From a virus (Duplodnaviria > Caudoviricetes), in IMG/VR virus record IMGVR_UViG_3300012007_000016, positions 7,381-71,380 of that record: DNA of 64,000 nt. One strand, 5' to 3'. Under the pieces are notes generated by a model. That model saw nothing but the letters and a program-made list of their open reading frames with translations. It did no database searches and was not told where the DNA came from. Position numbers and translations under genes: made by a program. Below, piece by piece: positions 1-10,162 of this stretch (its first letter is position 1; every line of letters begins with the position of its first letter).

Positions 1-16
1 TAAATTGTAAAGTTTT

Positions 17-637
17 ATGAAAGTTACTTTATATATACCTTTTGCAAATGGTGATGCTGTTAATGGGTTTAACTATGAGGGTGAAGAACTGACAGCACCA
101 AAGTATGTAAAAATGGAAGAAAATGAATATTATGGTCATAAAGATGGCGTTGACCATATGGTTGTCACAAGTTTGGGAAATAACATGGCATATAACCCAT
201 ATAAGAAAAGGAAAATAAATGTTAAGAATCAGAGTTATGCTTTTCATAAATGTGACGGAAATATAAGAAACATTAATGGAAGTGAGATAACAGTTACCCA
301 ACTTGATAGGTTATGGGCAAATAAAGAACAGTTTGGATTATTTATATATTTGAATGAACAGGAATTTATAAGAAAACCAGATTTGGAAACCGATTTGAAA
401 ATGTGGATTCAAGATAGTCAAAAAATCATGAATATTGCAAAACTGAGTGATGAGGAAAAAATGTTTCATCTTCCAAAAAAGGATTTCAAAATTGATTTTG
501 ATAATGGAAAAAGTCATGCTGTTTTGAAAAATTGTAAATTTGCAAAACTTTTATCAAGTATTAAAAAGGCAAATGGAGAACCCATGATTACTTCTTTTGC
601 AATGATTATTGAAAGAATAATATTTACAAAAAATTAA
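17..637 (+). CDS. Hypothetical phage protein at the start of the tail block
   Basis: 206-aa ORF, 3-nt gap to the next gene; no motif recognised. Confidence 0.6.
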   Translation: MKVTLYIPFANGDAVNGFNYEGEELTAPKYVKMEENEYYGHKDGVDHMVVTSLGNNMAYNPYKKRKINVKNQSYAFHKCDGNIRNINGSEITVTQLDRLWANKEQFGLFIYLNEQEFIRKPDLETDLKMWIQDSQKIMNIAKLSDEEKMFHLPKKDFKIDFDNGKSHAVLKNCKFAKLLSSIKKANGEPMITSFAMIIERIIFTKN

Positions 638-640
638 AAT

Positions 641-2317
641 ATGGCAGATAATAATAGATTTATGTCTAGTCAAGAAATAGAGGACGAAAAGAGAAAACGC
701 CAATTGGCCATTGTTAAGGCTTCCAACCAAATGTTGAATGAAGCAATGGAAAAAGCATTGGATAATACGTCAGACCCTGTTAGGAGAAGTGAATTGCAAG
801 AGAGATTTAATGTTGCAATAGAACAGAATGATGCATTTGCACAATCTTATCTTCACGCTTCAAAAGATGAAGTTGAGAAATCAACATTTAGAGACGTTGA
901 CCCGTCTGAAGTTACAAAATACAATGAACGTCTTAAAAAGAGAGGATTGACTGATGAGGAAGTGCATAGAAAGGATATGGCAACAGTTACAGTTGGTAAA
1001 AATGGCGAAAAGGCTGCACCAATAAGAAGACGTAGACGTGGTGCTAAGAAAGATTTGGGTGATGATTATCAGAAACTTGACATTGAAGATGAATTTATGA
1101 AGCAGACATTAGTAAATGACGATATTCAAATTCAAAAACACATAGAGAAAAACAAGGAATTTGAGGAAGAAATGAGAAAACAAGGGAAAGATATTATCAG
1201 TAAGATTGTAAAACCTCTTGAAGATGAAAATGCAAACAAAAAAATAAGTATGGAAGAAAATATTCAGTCTGAAAGAATTGAAATTAATAATAAACCACAA
1301 GAGGATACTAAGGAAAAGAAAGAGAAAATTCATGAAGTTAAAAGTGCTGAAGTAAAAGAAGTCAAAAAGAAAACAAAGAAGACAGAAGAGGTTTTGACTT
1401 ATGATTTTGATTTCTCTTCAGTTCCGAGTTATGTACAGTTTGACGTATTACCATTACCCTCAAATGGACAATGTTATCCAAAGAACTCACCATTACGTTG
1501 TGGTCGTATACCTGTGGCTTATTTAACGGCAGCAGATGAAAATATTATTGCTTCTCCAAACGTTTATCGTGACGGAAAACTGCTTGACATTATTTTGGAT
1601 AGGAAAATCCTTGATAAGAGAATTAATGTCAATGATTTATGTAGTGGTGACAGAGACGCAATTATTTTATGGCTCAGAGGAACATCTTATGGAGAGGATT
1701 TCCCAATTAGTGCGACAAATCCGGAAACTGGAAAACAATATAATGTATCAATTAGTTTATCACAGTTTGATTACAAGAAATTTGATTTAGAAGGTGATGA
1801 AAACGGTTTGTTCGACTTTGAAACAAACAACGGTGATTTAATCAAATTCAAATTCTTTACAAATAATGATGAGGAACAACTTAGGAAAACTATTACCTCA
1901 CAAATTACCAATATAAATAAATTCGATGTTCTTAGGGGAATTACTGAAATAGCCAATTTGTTGAACGGAATTAGTTTCACGGAAGAAGAGGTGACAATGC
2001 TTAATGAAGACATTGATGAAATAAAGGATATTGTTGGTAGTGATTTGGAAGAAAATACAGAAAATCTTTATCCGAATACGATTACTGAACAAATGTTTAT
2101 GCATACGGTTTCAATAAATGGAAATAAGGATAGGGAATTTATTAAGAACTACGTTGAAAACATGCGTACAAAGAGTGCGATGGATTATCGTAATTATTTT
2201 GTAAATAATTCTCCAGGTGTTGATTTTAATTTCACTGTAAATATTCCCGAGTCAGATGGAGGTGGCTCGTTTAGTACCTTTCTTAGAATCGATGATACTA
2301 TTTTCATTAACTTCTAA
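641..2317 (+). CDS. T4 gp26-like baseplate hub assembly/tail chaperone protein with long charged N-terminal extension
   Basis: Motifs LPSNGQCYP, YLTAADENIIASPN, GDRDAIILWLRGTSYG typical of gp26-like proteins; lies two genes before the tape measure gene. Confidence 0.7.
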   Translation: MADNNRFMSSQEIEDEKRKRQLAIVKASNQMLNEAMEKALDNTSDPVRRSELQERFNVAIEQNDAFAQSYLHASKDEVEKSTFRDVDPSEVTKYNERLKKRGLTDEEVHRKDMATVTVGKNGEKAAPIRRRRRGAKKDLGDDYQKLDIEDEFMKQTLVNDDIQIQKHIEKNKEFEEEMRKQGKDIISKIVKPLEDENANKKISMEENIQSERIEINNKPQEDTKEKKEKIHEVKSAEVKEVKKKTKKTEEVLTYDFDFSSVPSYVQFDVLPLPSNGQCYPKNSPLRCGRIPVAYLTAADENIIASPNVYRDGKLLDIILDRKILDKRINVNDLCSGDRDAIILWLRGTSYGEDFPISATNPETGKQYNVSISLSQFDYKKFDLEGDENGLFDFETNNGDLIKFKFFTNNDEEQLRKTITSQITNINKFDVLRGITEIANLLNGISFTEEEVTMLNEDIDEIKDIVGSDLEENTENLYPNTITEQMFMHTVSINGNKDREFIKNYVENMRTKSAMDYRNYFVNNSPGVDFNFTVNIPESDGGGSFSTFLRIDDTIFINF

Positions 2318-2489
2318 TTTTGAGAAGAATCTTAGACATGAATTGTGGCTTTGTCATAAAAATATGGATTTAAGTATGGAAGAATTATATAATATGACGG
2401 TTGCCGATAGGAAAACATATATTACAATACACAATAAACAAGTAGAAAAGGAAAAAGAAAGACTACAAAGTATGAGAAGAAATAAATAG
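2292..2489 (+). CDS. Small gp51-like tail/baseplate assembly chaperone (65 aa), overlapping the end of the gp26-like gene in the +1 frame
   Basis: ELWLCHKNMDLSMEELYNMTVADRKTYI helix pattern; canonical position between chaperone and tape measure; ATG 2292 preferred over the ORF-track start at 2256. Confidence 0.6.
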   Translation: MILFSLTSNFEKNLRHELWLCHKNMDLSMEELYNMTVADRKTYITIHNKQVEKEKERLQSMRRNK

Positions 2490-2539
2490 TTCCTTGTCAA
2501 AACAGATTTGGAACTATTTATTTTTATAATATTATAAAA

Positions 2540-5500
2540 ATGTTCGTTGTTATGGCAAGTTCAACAGATACAGATAAAAAATTAGACCAACTGATACAAT
2601 CTATTAATACATTAGCCTATATCATTGAGAGAAGGGGAAGGACAGATAGTAGTACTCCCCACTCTGGTGATACATTTTATTATAGAGGAACTAGTCAAGA
2701 CAAACAAAATGAATTTTTAAGAAACTTGGGTGGCTTTAATAATACAGATTTTGTTAATCTGATGAATGAAGCGATGAAGGATTTAGAAAAACAAGCAAAA
2801 GCAGCCACCAAGTTAAGAGAAGAAATTGAACAACAATTAAAAGATACGACATTAACAACAGAACAAAGAAGAAAATTAAATGACGAATTAAATGATGCAA
2901 TTGGCAAAGAGATTGAATTACAAAACGCACAAAATAACACGTTAAAAGAAGAATTTAAGAGAAGACAAAAAATAGAGGAAGAAAAACTCAGAAAAGAATA
3001 TCAAAGTTTTGTTGATGAAAAAAAGAAAATTTACGGAAATGAAGAAAATTATGTAAATTACAAAATAGGACAGGCTGATTTTGCTGGTGCAACTGCTAAT
3101 AGAAATGAAGCAAGTAGAATGATTGCAGAAAGCGGTTTTGGAAATACTGCCGTTGGAAGATATGCCCAAACAATGATTGGAAGACAACAAAGAATTGATA
3201 ATATTGCTAATTTTGGCGATAACTTACAAATGGGTGGTGCGCAACAAATTGCACAAGCAATGGGCGGTGGTAAAATGATGGCTGCTGCATTGGGTGGACT
3301 TGGAAAGGGTATTGGAATTGCAACAAAATTTTTAGGACCGTTTGGACAAGGTTTACAAATGGCTATTGATGGTGTTAAACTTTTTGCAAAGGTATTGGGT
3401 TATGCAAATGCATATATAACAAGACTTGTTAACTTACAAACAGATTTGAACGAAATGTCATTCCAAAAAACGGTTGACATTACCAATTTAATTAATGAAA
3501 GACAAGCAGAAGCAGCAAAGTACATTGGTGATTTACATTTAAAACAAGTTGAAATCGAAGGTCAAAATCTTTTACAAGCCGTTGAGATTCTTACAAAACA
3601 GTTTGTAAAAGCAACGGAAATTGCTGTTGGCCCACTTACAAAAGGTATTAATGAAAGTGCATACGATGCAGCAAATGCATTTATTGAATATCAAACAGAT
3701 ATGGCAAAATTTGCCTTGGAGCGTGGTCAGCGTGAGAAGCAATATGAATATTTTCAAGGTAAAAGAGGTATTGAGTATGAAAATTTCCAAAATGTAAGTT
3801 CAAGAGAAGAAGAACGAATTCAAGGAAAATATAAATTCGATTCAATTTTGAAAACTCTTGAGGGTGCTGGTGCTGCCTACAACGATATTATTGGAAGAAA
3901 GATTAATGAATGGGTTCCGGATTGGATGCTTGGCAAAAAAGATGCCGAAAAAACATTAGAAAAAGAATCAATGTCACAACAACGTTTACCAAATGGTGAA
4001 TATAGTGATAATATGGCTAGTGTATTGAATAAAAACCGAAATGAATTTAATGATTTAAAGGGTTTACGTTATAATTGGTTTACTGATTTTTTTGGTGCGG
4101 GTAATAAAGAGAAAAATGAAGCAATTGCTCGTAATAGATTACAACCAGAATTATTTGGCGTTGAATGGGACAAACAACTTGCACAATGGCATTCAAATGT
4201 AACTAATACGGTAGCCGGAATACAAGAACAAGCAGCCAATAAACAAATCGAAATTGCAACAGATGTTGCCAAAAAGTATATAGATGCAAACGCAGAAGTT
4301 AAGAAAATGTGGTTGCAACTTGCACAGAAGACAGAACAATGGTTAGATAAATTTGACCAAGTTACAAACGATTTGGGGGTTAATTTGGGTTATACCTCAA
4401 AAGATAAGTTGGAAGCATTTCAAGACACAATGTTTGAAACAGCGAAAACAGCAGCAAAATTTGGTAAGAGTTTTGAAGATGCCGCAAAAATGCAACAAGC
4501 GTTTATTGAAAGTACCGGAAGAAATCGTATAATGGGACAACGTGATTATGGTAATTTATTCGGTTTAGGTAAATATCTTGGTGATGACGGACTTGCCGCA
4601 AATTATGCTTCTGAAATGGAAATATTCAATGCGGGTGTTTCCGATTCTGTTGATATGCTTCATGAAACATTACAAGATGTGAACAGAATAGGTTTGAATG
4701 GCAGAAAATATACTAAAACACTTGTTGATAATCTTAAATTAGCACAGAAATTCCAATTTAAGGAAGGAACTAAAAGTTTGAGAAATATGGCAAAGTGGGC
4801 TGAGAATACACGTTTTAATCTTGCCTCACTTAGTGGTATGTTGGATAAAGTACAAGAGGGTGGTCTTGAAAATGTAATAACAATGGGTGCTCAATTCCAA
4901 GTACTTGGTGGACACGCAGCAATGAATGCAGACCCGATTGCAATGATGTATGAAGCATTCGCAGACCCAGAGGCTTATGCAAAGCGTATGCAAGATATGA
5001 CAAAGGGTTATGGACAAGTTGACAAGAAGACCGGTGAAACAAAATTCAGTGTAAATGAAATGATGATAATGCGTCAACTTGCCAAAATACAAGGACGTTC
5101 TGTTGAGGAAGTTGAAAATGAAGCACGTGCAAGAAACAAGAGGGAAATTGTTGCAAAACAGTTAAGAGGTAGTTTTAATGAAGAACAACAAGCATTAATC
5201 TCGAACAACGCAACATATAATAAACAAACCGGACAATTCCAAGTCAAAGTAAAACGTGGTAATCAATATGTTGATACTGATGTAAGTCAGTTGACTCAAG
5301 ATGACATTGATAAACTTATGCCAGAGAAACATAATGAGCGTATGGAGGATTATATGACAACCGTTATTGATTATTTAGCAAAAATGACGGGTGAAGAAAA
5401 TCTTCAGAAAACAATGATAGGTCAAGAACTTAGTGAAGACCGTAAAGAATCTTATTTAACAAGATTGCAGACAGCACACGAAAACTTTGTTGATAATTTT

Positions 5501-6193
5501 GAAACTTATGCAACAAATGCAAGAGAGGGTATGCGTTTGGCAAACGAAAAATTCAGTGACTATATTGAAATGTGGCAGAATAATGCAGATGCACAAGGTC
5601 CTGGCTTAGACCAAATTAATGCAGCAACAAGTAATATTGCTTCTGCATTGGGTGATACAGCAAATGTTATTGCCACAGCAAATCAAAAAATTGCTGATTC
5701 TATTGACAGAGCAAAATTTGGTGCGAGTGGTGTAACCGGAAAAGACGAAACCTCTTATAATATGAGTATTTACAATGCAGGAGGTAAAATACCAAAACCA
5801 GAATGGATGCCAGATGGTATTATAAGTGGTAATAATAAGCCAATTGTTTCTGCTGCTTCTAATGTTACAAAGATAAATGACGGATTGGTACAATCAGACC
5901 CGAAAGACGTTGCAATATTTGCAAAAGAGGGTGGTGTAATTGGAAACTTCCTTAACGACTTATATAATGATGTACATTCGGCTAACAGTGGTACAATCAG
6001 TTTAGATACCGTAAATGTTACAATCAGTGGCAGTTTAGACCTTTCTTCTGGCGGACAGAGTGTTAATATTATAAATGAGTTACAAACCAATCCGATGTTA
6101 TTAAGGTCATTGTCGAGAATGTTGGCACAACAAATATCTTCTGCAATGAATGGCGGTAGAGGAACATCATCAATGGGAATAGGCAGTGTTTAA
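2540..6193 (+). CDS. Tail tape measure protein
   Basis: 1217 aa, helical A/Q/G/E-rich, glycine-rich amphipathic stretch (ALGGLGKGIGIATKFLGPFG); follows chaperone genes. Confidence 0.8.
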   Translation: MFVVMASSTDTDKKLDQLIQSINTLAYIIERRGRTDSSTPHSGDTFYYRGTSQDKQNEFLRNLGGFNNTDFVNLMNEAMKDLEKQAKAATKLREEIEQQLKDTTLTTEQRRKLNDELNDAIGKEIELQNAQNNTLKEEFKRRQKIEEEKLRKEYQSFVDEKKKIYGNEENYVNYKIGQADFAGATANRNEASRMIAESGFGNTAVGRYAQTMIGRQQRIDNIANFGDNLQMGGAQQIAQAMGGGKMMAAALGGLGKGIGIATKFLGPFGQGLQMAIDGVKLFAKVLGYANAYITRLVNLQTDLNEMSFQKTVDITNLINERQAEAAKYIGDLHLKQVEIEGQNLLQAVEILTKQFVKATEIAVGPLTKGINESAYDAANAFIEYQTDMAKFALERGQREKQYEYFQGKRGIEYENFQNVSSREEERIQGKYKFDSILKTLEGAGAAYNDIIGRKINEWVPDWMLGKKDAEKTLEKESMSQQRLPNGEYSDNMASVLNKNRNEFNDLKGLRYNWFTDFFGAGNKEKNEAIARNRLQPELFGVEWDKQLAQWHSNVTNTVAGIQEQAANKQIEIATDVAKKYIDANAEVKKMWLQLAQKTEQWLDKFDQVTNDLGVNLGYTSKDKLEAFQDTMFETAKTAAKFGKSFEDAAKMQQAFIESTGRNRIMGQRDYGNLFGLGKYLGDDGLAANYASEMEIFNAGVSDSVDMLHETLQDVNRIGLNGRKYTKTLVDNLKLAQKFQFKEGTKSLRNMAKWAENTRFNLASLSGMLDKVQEGGLENVITMGAQFQVLGGHAAMNADPIAMMYEAFADPEAYAKRMQDMTKGYGQVDKKTGETKFSVNEMMIMRQLAKIQGRSVEEVENEARARNKREIVAKQLRGSFNEEQQALISNNATYNKQTGQFQVKVKRGNQYVDTDVSQLTQDDIDKLMPEKHNERMEDYMTTVIDYLAKMTGEENLQKTMIGQELSEDRKESYLTRLQTAHENFVDNFETYATNAREGMRLANEKFSDYIEMWQNNADAQGPGLDQINAATSNIASALGDTANVIATANQKIADSIDRAKFGASGVTGKDETSYNMSIYNAGGKIPKPEWMPDGIISGNNKPIVSAASNVTKINDGLVQSDPKDVAIFAKEGGVIGNFLNDLYNDVHSANSGTISLDTVNVTISGSLDLSSGGQSVNIINELQTNPMLLRSLSRMLAQQISSAMNGGRGTSSMGIGSV

Positions 6194-6264
6194 AATTGAT
6201 TTTTGTTTTTAAAAAGTTAAAAAATATATAATTATAGGTTAAAAGATAAATATATTGTTTAGAT

Positions 6265-9200
6265 ATGGATTTTAAAGATACCGTAAATGCAATTAAGAAT
6301 GTTGACAACACACTTAGAAATATTGTTCCTATTACTGAGCACGTTGTCAATAAAGTTAGGAGAAATACAGGTGGTTGGGGTTTTGATGCAATGTTAATGA
6401 CACCAATCAGTGACTATTGCCTTGTTGATATGGGTGATTGGCAGATGAGAAAGGCTATGTTTCTTAACATGGCTGAAAAGGACATTACTCTTGATTTAAT
6501 TGCTGATAGCGTTACAGGTATTAGTAATAAAGTATCTGATGAATCATACAAATATGATTATAGTTATGCACAGGAAAACAATTATTTAAATAATTATCAA
6601 AGAGAAGCAAAATACACAACAACAAGGGAAGGTAGAACAGATAACAATATACAAAATTACATGAATCATAATGAACTTTATGGTCAAAGTGTAAATGTCT
6701 ATCCTGATGAGGATAATACTGGAACCGTAAATTTCACAGAAGATAGCAAATGGAATTTTTATGATGCAAACAGAAACAGAAACAGTATTATATATAAGAC
6801 AAAAAAATTGTTTAATGAAAGAAAAATAAATACAATTATAAGCAGATTCCATACAGACCCCGATAAATTGGATTTATATGACGATACAGAAGCAAAAAGT
6901 GTATATGGTTTATCTCATGGAAGAAATCTTTTGACATATGATGCCGAGAGAAATGGCATAAGTTATGACAGAAACGGTTATGATAACCCTTATTGTCGTG
7001 TATGGACACATCATCACCAATATAGTGAAGTTAGGGCAAGGCTTATAAGACCTTTTACAATTGAGGATGAAAATGGTAATATAGAACATGTTAAAAATTC
7101 TGATATTCATAAATGGGGAGGTTTTAATAATGTAAATTATAAAAAATGGGATAAAGAATATCATGATAAGGATGGAAAAGTCATTGACCCAAATGTAAAA
7201 TGGGGTTGGAAAGATAGCGGTAAAGATGGATGGGATATGTCGGTTCTTGACAAAGAAACTGGTTTGGTAAATATTGCACCAAAATTCTTGGGTGGTGCTG
7301 AAAAGAACATTCACACAAAGGATTGTATGTTTTCCATTGAGAATCTTGCATGGCAAGGATATGACCCATATTCATTTGAAAGAGCATTATCTTGGGAACA
7401 ACGTGGACCGTTTGGTGGTAGAATTATGTGGTTTCCACCATATGGTTTAAGATTCAGTGAAGACACAAGTGTCAATTGGAATGAACATAGTTTTATCGGT
7501 AGGGGCGAAAACGTGTTTACTTATACAAATACGTCAAGAAGTGGTACGCTTGAATTTATGATGGTGGTTGACCATCCTTCAATTACTGACTATGCAACAT
7601 GGTATGGTAAATCACAACCTGACCAATTACCAAAAGATACTGATGTTCTGCGTTTCTTTGCTGGATGCGGTGTTGGTAAAGACGGTGTTAGTAGTGGTGA
7701 AAGTGATGGAAGCGGAAGTAATGGTGGTGGAGGAAGTCTTTTGTCATTTGTTAAACCGACACCACTTACTGATGAATATTTAAAAAAAGATGTTTCGCCA
7801 CAAGCGGTAAAAGTTACAGAAAATAAAAAACCAGAGCCTCCAACTCCGCCACAACCTGAGGTTCCTGCTCCTGATGAAGAGATAGAATTGACTTTTTATG
7901 TCTTTTATCCGAATAACTATAGCGGATATTATGATAATAATGAAAGTAGTAAAGTTAATCCAATTGCTTATTTGTTATATGGTAAAGGAGCACAATGGAA
8001 GTGTAATGATTCAGACGTGACGAAATCTGAAGTTCTTCCACTTGATTTCGAAGATACAAGTAATGATTCATTCGTTGGAAATGGTTATGAAATGTTAAAT
8101 AGTAAAAGTGATGTTGGAAGTCAGAATAGTTCACATAACTATATAATCGGTACAGGTTATCCTGGTAGTTATGGCAAGACGAAATATATACCAACAAATT
8201 CGAAAAAGTGGTATTATAGAATTGATGGTGAATATGTTCCAAACATAAATTATTCTTCCGTTAAAAATACTTTTGGACAGACGTTAAGAAGTACAAATAG
8301 TTATCAAGATATGAAAACATTACAGTTGAATTGTAATGTTGAAAATGTTAAAAAGAAGTTTCCTGAAGAAAAAGACAATAAACGTCTTTACTCTTTGGCC
8401 GAAATTGCTTATGCCTTGAAACATAACTATGAGAATGAAAATTCGAGTGAAACAGCAGACCAAGTAAGAATTAAAAGAAATTCTGGTAGTCTTAATGAAG
8501 ATAGAATAAAAGAATTGGTCGAAATGTTTGATACGAGAGATAGTTCTCCATATAAGGTAATTGAAGTACATGGTATTGGTTTTTCCAACTCGCATGGTAC
8601 TAATTCAAAAAGAGATACAAATACTCAACGTAATCAATTTTTGGCCGAACAAAGATGTAAGACCGCAATAAGATGGTTTATTACAAATTATGGTCATGGC
8701 AGTACAACAATAAACACAGGTAGTGAACTTTCAGAATATAGTGTAAAAGTAAGCAAGGAAGATTTACAAAATGAAAGTGGTGATACTGCTAAAATGTATC
8801 GTTCGGCAAAAATGAAGATAAAAATCAAGAAAAGTGCCGTTCTCAAACCAAAAGAAATGAATCAAGAGTCTGAAACATCTCAAGAACAGCAAGAAACACA
8901 ACCATATAAGAGATTTGATGACTTTAAGGAAGTTGAAAAAACCGAAGATGGTATACAACTCTATGAGGCGGTAAATCAAAATGACATACAAAAAAAAGGT
9001 ATAAAATGGTATTATGATGAAAAAACACAAGAAATGAAAGTATGGAATCCAGAAATTGTTACTTTGGGCAGATGGACGAGTGAAGATAAAAAAAATATGC
9101 CTCTTGATAATGAAAAGGATGAAAATGGAGAAAGAATAAATGCTAATAAAAATAGCCTTAGATATGACCAAGAGTATCATTTCTTCAAGAAATTACACGC

Positions 9201-9747
9201 AGACCATCCAGATGTGTTTGATTCTCTTGTCACAAAGTTACAATATTTTGACCCTGCTTTTCATAGCATGACACCTGAAGGATTTATGGGCAGATTGAAT
9301 TTCTTACAACAGTGTACAAGACAAGGTAATACTATTGGCGCATCTGATAAAAATGGCCATTCAGCAAATAATCTTGCATTTGGAAGACCGCCATTCTGTA
9401 TATTAAGGTTAGGTGATTTTTATTATCAAAAAATTGTGATAAGAAATATAAATATCACATATGACCCGCTTGTTCTTGATTTGAACAATGAGGGTATTGG
9501 CGTTGTTCCATTGATAGCAAATGTTACTATTTCATTCAATTTTATTGGTGGTGGAGATTTGAGTGGACCTGTAAGAAGATTGCAGAATGCAATGAGTTTC
9601 AATTATTATGCAAATGGCAGATTGTATGATAATCGTGCTGACAGAATTAAACGAGAAAACACCAATTGGGAAACAATGGGTGCGATGGGTCATGATAAGA
9701 TTGAATTTGATAAATCTTATTTCCATGATGTTAAAATGGCAAAATAA
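6265..9747 (+). CDS. Baseplate/tail-tube initiator-like protein with two tube-fold-like regions and an internal OmpA-like domain
   Basis: YGLRFSEDTSVNWNEHSFIGRGENVFTYTNTSRSGTLEF and FGRPPFCILRLGDFYYQKIVIRNINITYDP segments; HGIGFSNSHG...NQFLAEQRCKTAIRW resembles OmpA_C; between TMP and LysM gene. Confidence 0.55.
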   Translation: MDFKDTVNAIKNVDNTLRNIVPITEHVVNKVRRNTGGWGFDAMLMTPISDYCLVDMGDWQMRKAMFLNMAEKDITLDLIADSVTGISNKVSDESYKYDYSYAQENNYLNNYQREAKYTTTREGRTDNNIQNYMNHNELYGQSVNVYPDEDNTGTVNFTEDSKWNFYDANRNRNSIIYKTKKLFNERKINTIISRFHTDPDKLDLYDDTEAKSVYGLSHGRNLLTYDAERNGISYDRNGYDNPYCRVWTHHHQYSEVRARLIRPFTIEDENGNIEHVKNSDIHKWGGFNNVNYKKWDKEYHDKDGKVIDPNVKWGWKDSGKDGWDMSVLDKETGLVNIAPKFLGGAEKNIHTKDCMFSIENLAWQGYDPYSFERALSWEQRGPFGGRIMWFPPYGLRFSEDTSVNWNEHSFIGRGENVFTYTNTSRSGTLEFMMVVDHPSITDYATWYGKSQPDQLPKDTDVLRFFAGCGVGKDGVSSGESDGSGSNGGGGSLLSFVKPTPLTDEYLKKDVSPQAVKVTENKKPEPPTPPQPEVPAPDEEIELTFYVFYPNNYSGYYDNNESSKVNPIAYLLYGKGAQWKCNDSDVTKSEVLPLDFEDTSNDSFVGNGYEMLNSKSDVGSQNSSHNYIIGTGYPGSYGKTKYIPTNSKKWYYRIDGEYVPNINYSSVKNTFGQTLRSTNSYQDMKTLQLNCNVENVKKKFPEEKDNKRLYSLAEIAYALKHNYENENSSETADQVRIKRNSGSLNEDRIKELVEMFDTRDSSPYKVIEVHGIGFSNSHGTNSKRDTNTQRNQFLAEQRCKTAIRWFITNYGHGSTTINTGSELSEYSVKVSKEDLQNESGDTAKMYRSAKMKIKIKKSAVLKPKEMNQESETSQEQQETQPYKRFDDFKEVEKTEDGIQLYEAVNQNDIQKKGIKWYYDEKTQEMKVWNPEIVTLGRWTSEDKKNMPLDNEKDENGERINANKNSLRYDQEYHFFKKLHADHPDVFDSLVTKLQYFDPAFHSMTPEGFMGRLNFLQQCTRQGNTIGASDKNGHSANNLAFGRPPFCILRLGDFYYQKIVIRNINITYDPLVLDLNNEGIGVVPLIANVTISFNFIGGGDLSGPVRRLQNAMSFNYYANGRLYDNRADRIKRENTNWETMGAMGHDKIEFDKSYFHDVKMAK

Positions 9748-9768
9748 CTGAATGTAGTTTTTTAAAAT

Positions 9769-10080
9769 ATGGCAAATTATTACGATAGATATAAGAGTTT
9801 CAGATTAGATGGTAATTTTATGAAAATACCATTTATAGATATAAAAAAAGAAAGTACAGACTTATATATAGAATTTGATAAGTCAAAAATGCGTTTGGAT
9901 ACATTGTCATATAAGTATTATGGTGATGCAAACTATGGTTGGTTAATAATGATGGCCAATCCACATTTGGGAAGTATGGAATTTGAAATTCCTGACAAGG
10001 TTTTAATGAGAATACCATATCCAATAACAACGGCATTAACGAGATATGAGAACAAAGTTAACGAATTGGTTTCATCTTAA
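9769..10080 (+). CDS. LysM-like baseplate wedge protein (T4 gp53 / P2 gpX-like)
   Basis: RLDTLSYKYYGDANYGWLIMMANP...MRIP motif, 103 aa. Confidence 0.75.
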   Translation: MANYYDRYKSFRLDGNFMKIPFIDIKKESTDLYIEFDKSKMRLDTLSYKYYGDANYGWLIMMANPHLGSMEFEIPDKVLMRIPYPITTALTRYENKVNELVSS

Positions 10081-10099
10081 CATTTTTTAACTTTAATTA

Positions 10100-10131
10100 T
10101 TTGGTTATTTCAAAAATTTGTTTTACTTTTG
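10100..10131 (+). promoter_or_regulatory. Bacteroidota-type sigma promoter (-33 TTTG, -7 TACTTTTG)
   Basis: TTTG 10100-10103, 20-nt spacer, TACTTTTG 10124-10131; 31 nt upstream of ATG 10163. Confidence 0.65.
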
Positions 10132-10162
10132 TGAACTAAAACAAGGTAAAACATTTTTTTTT

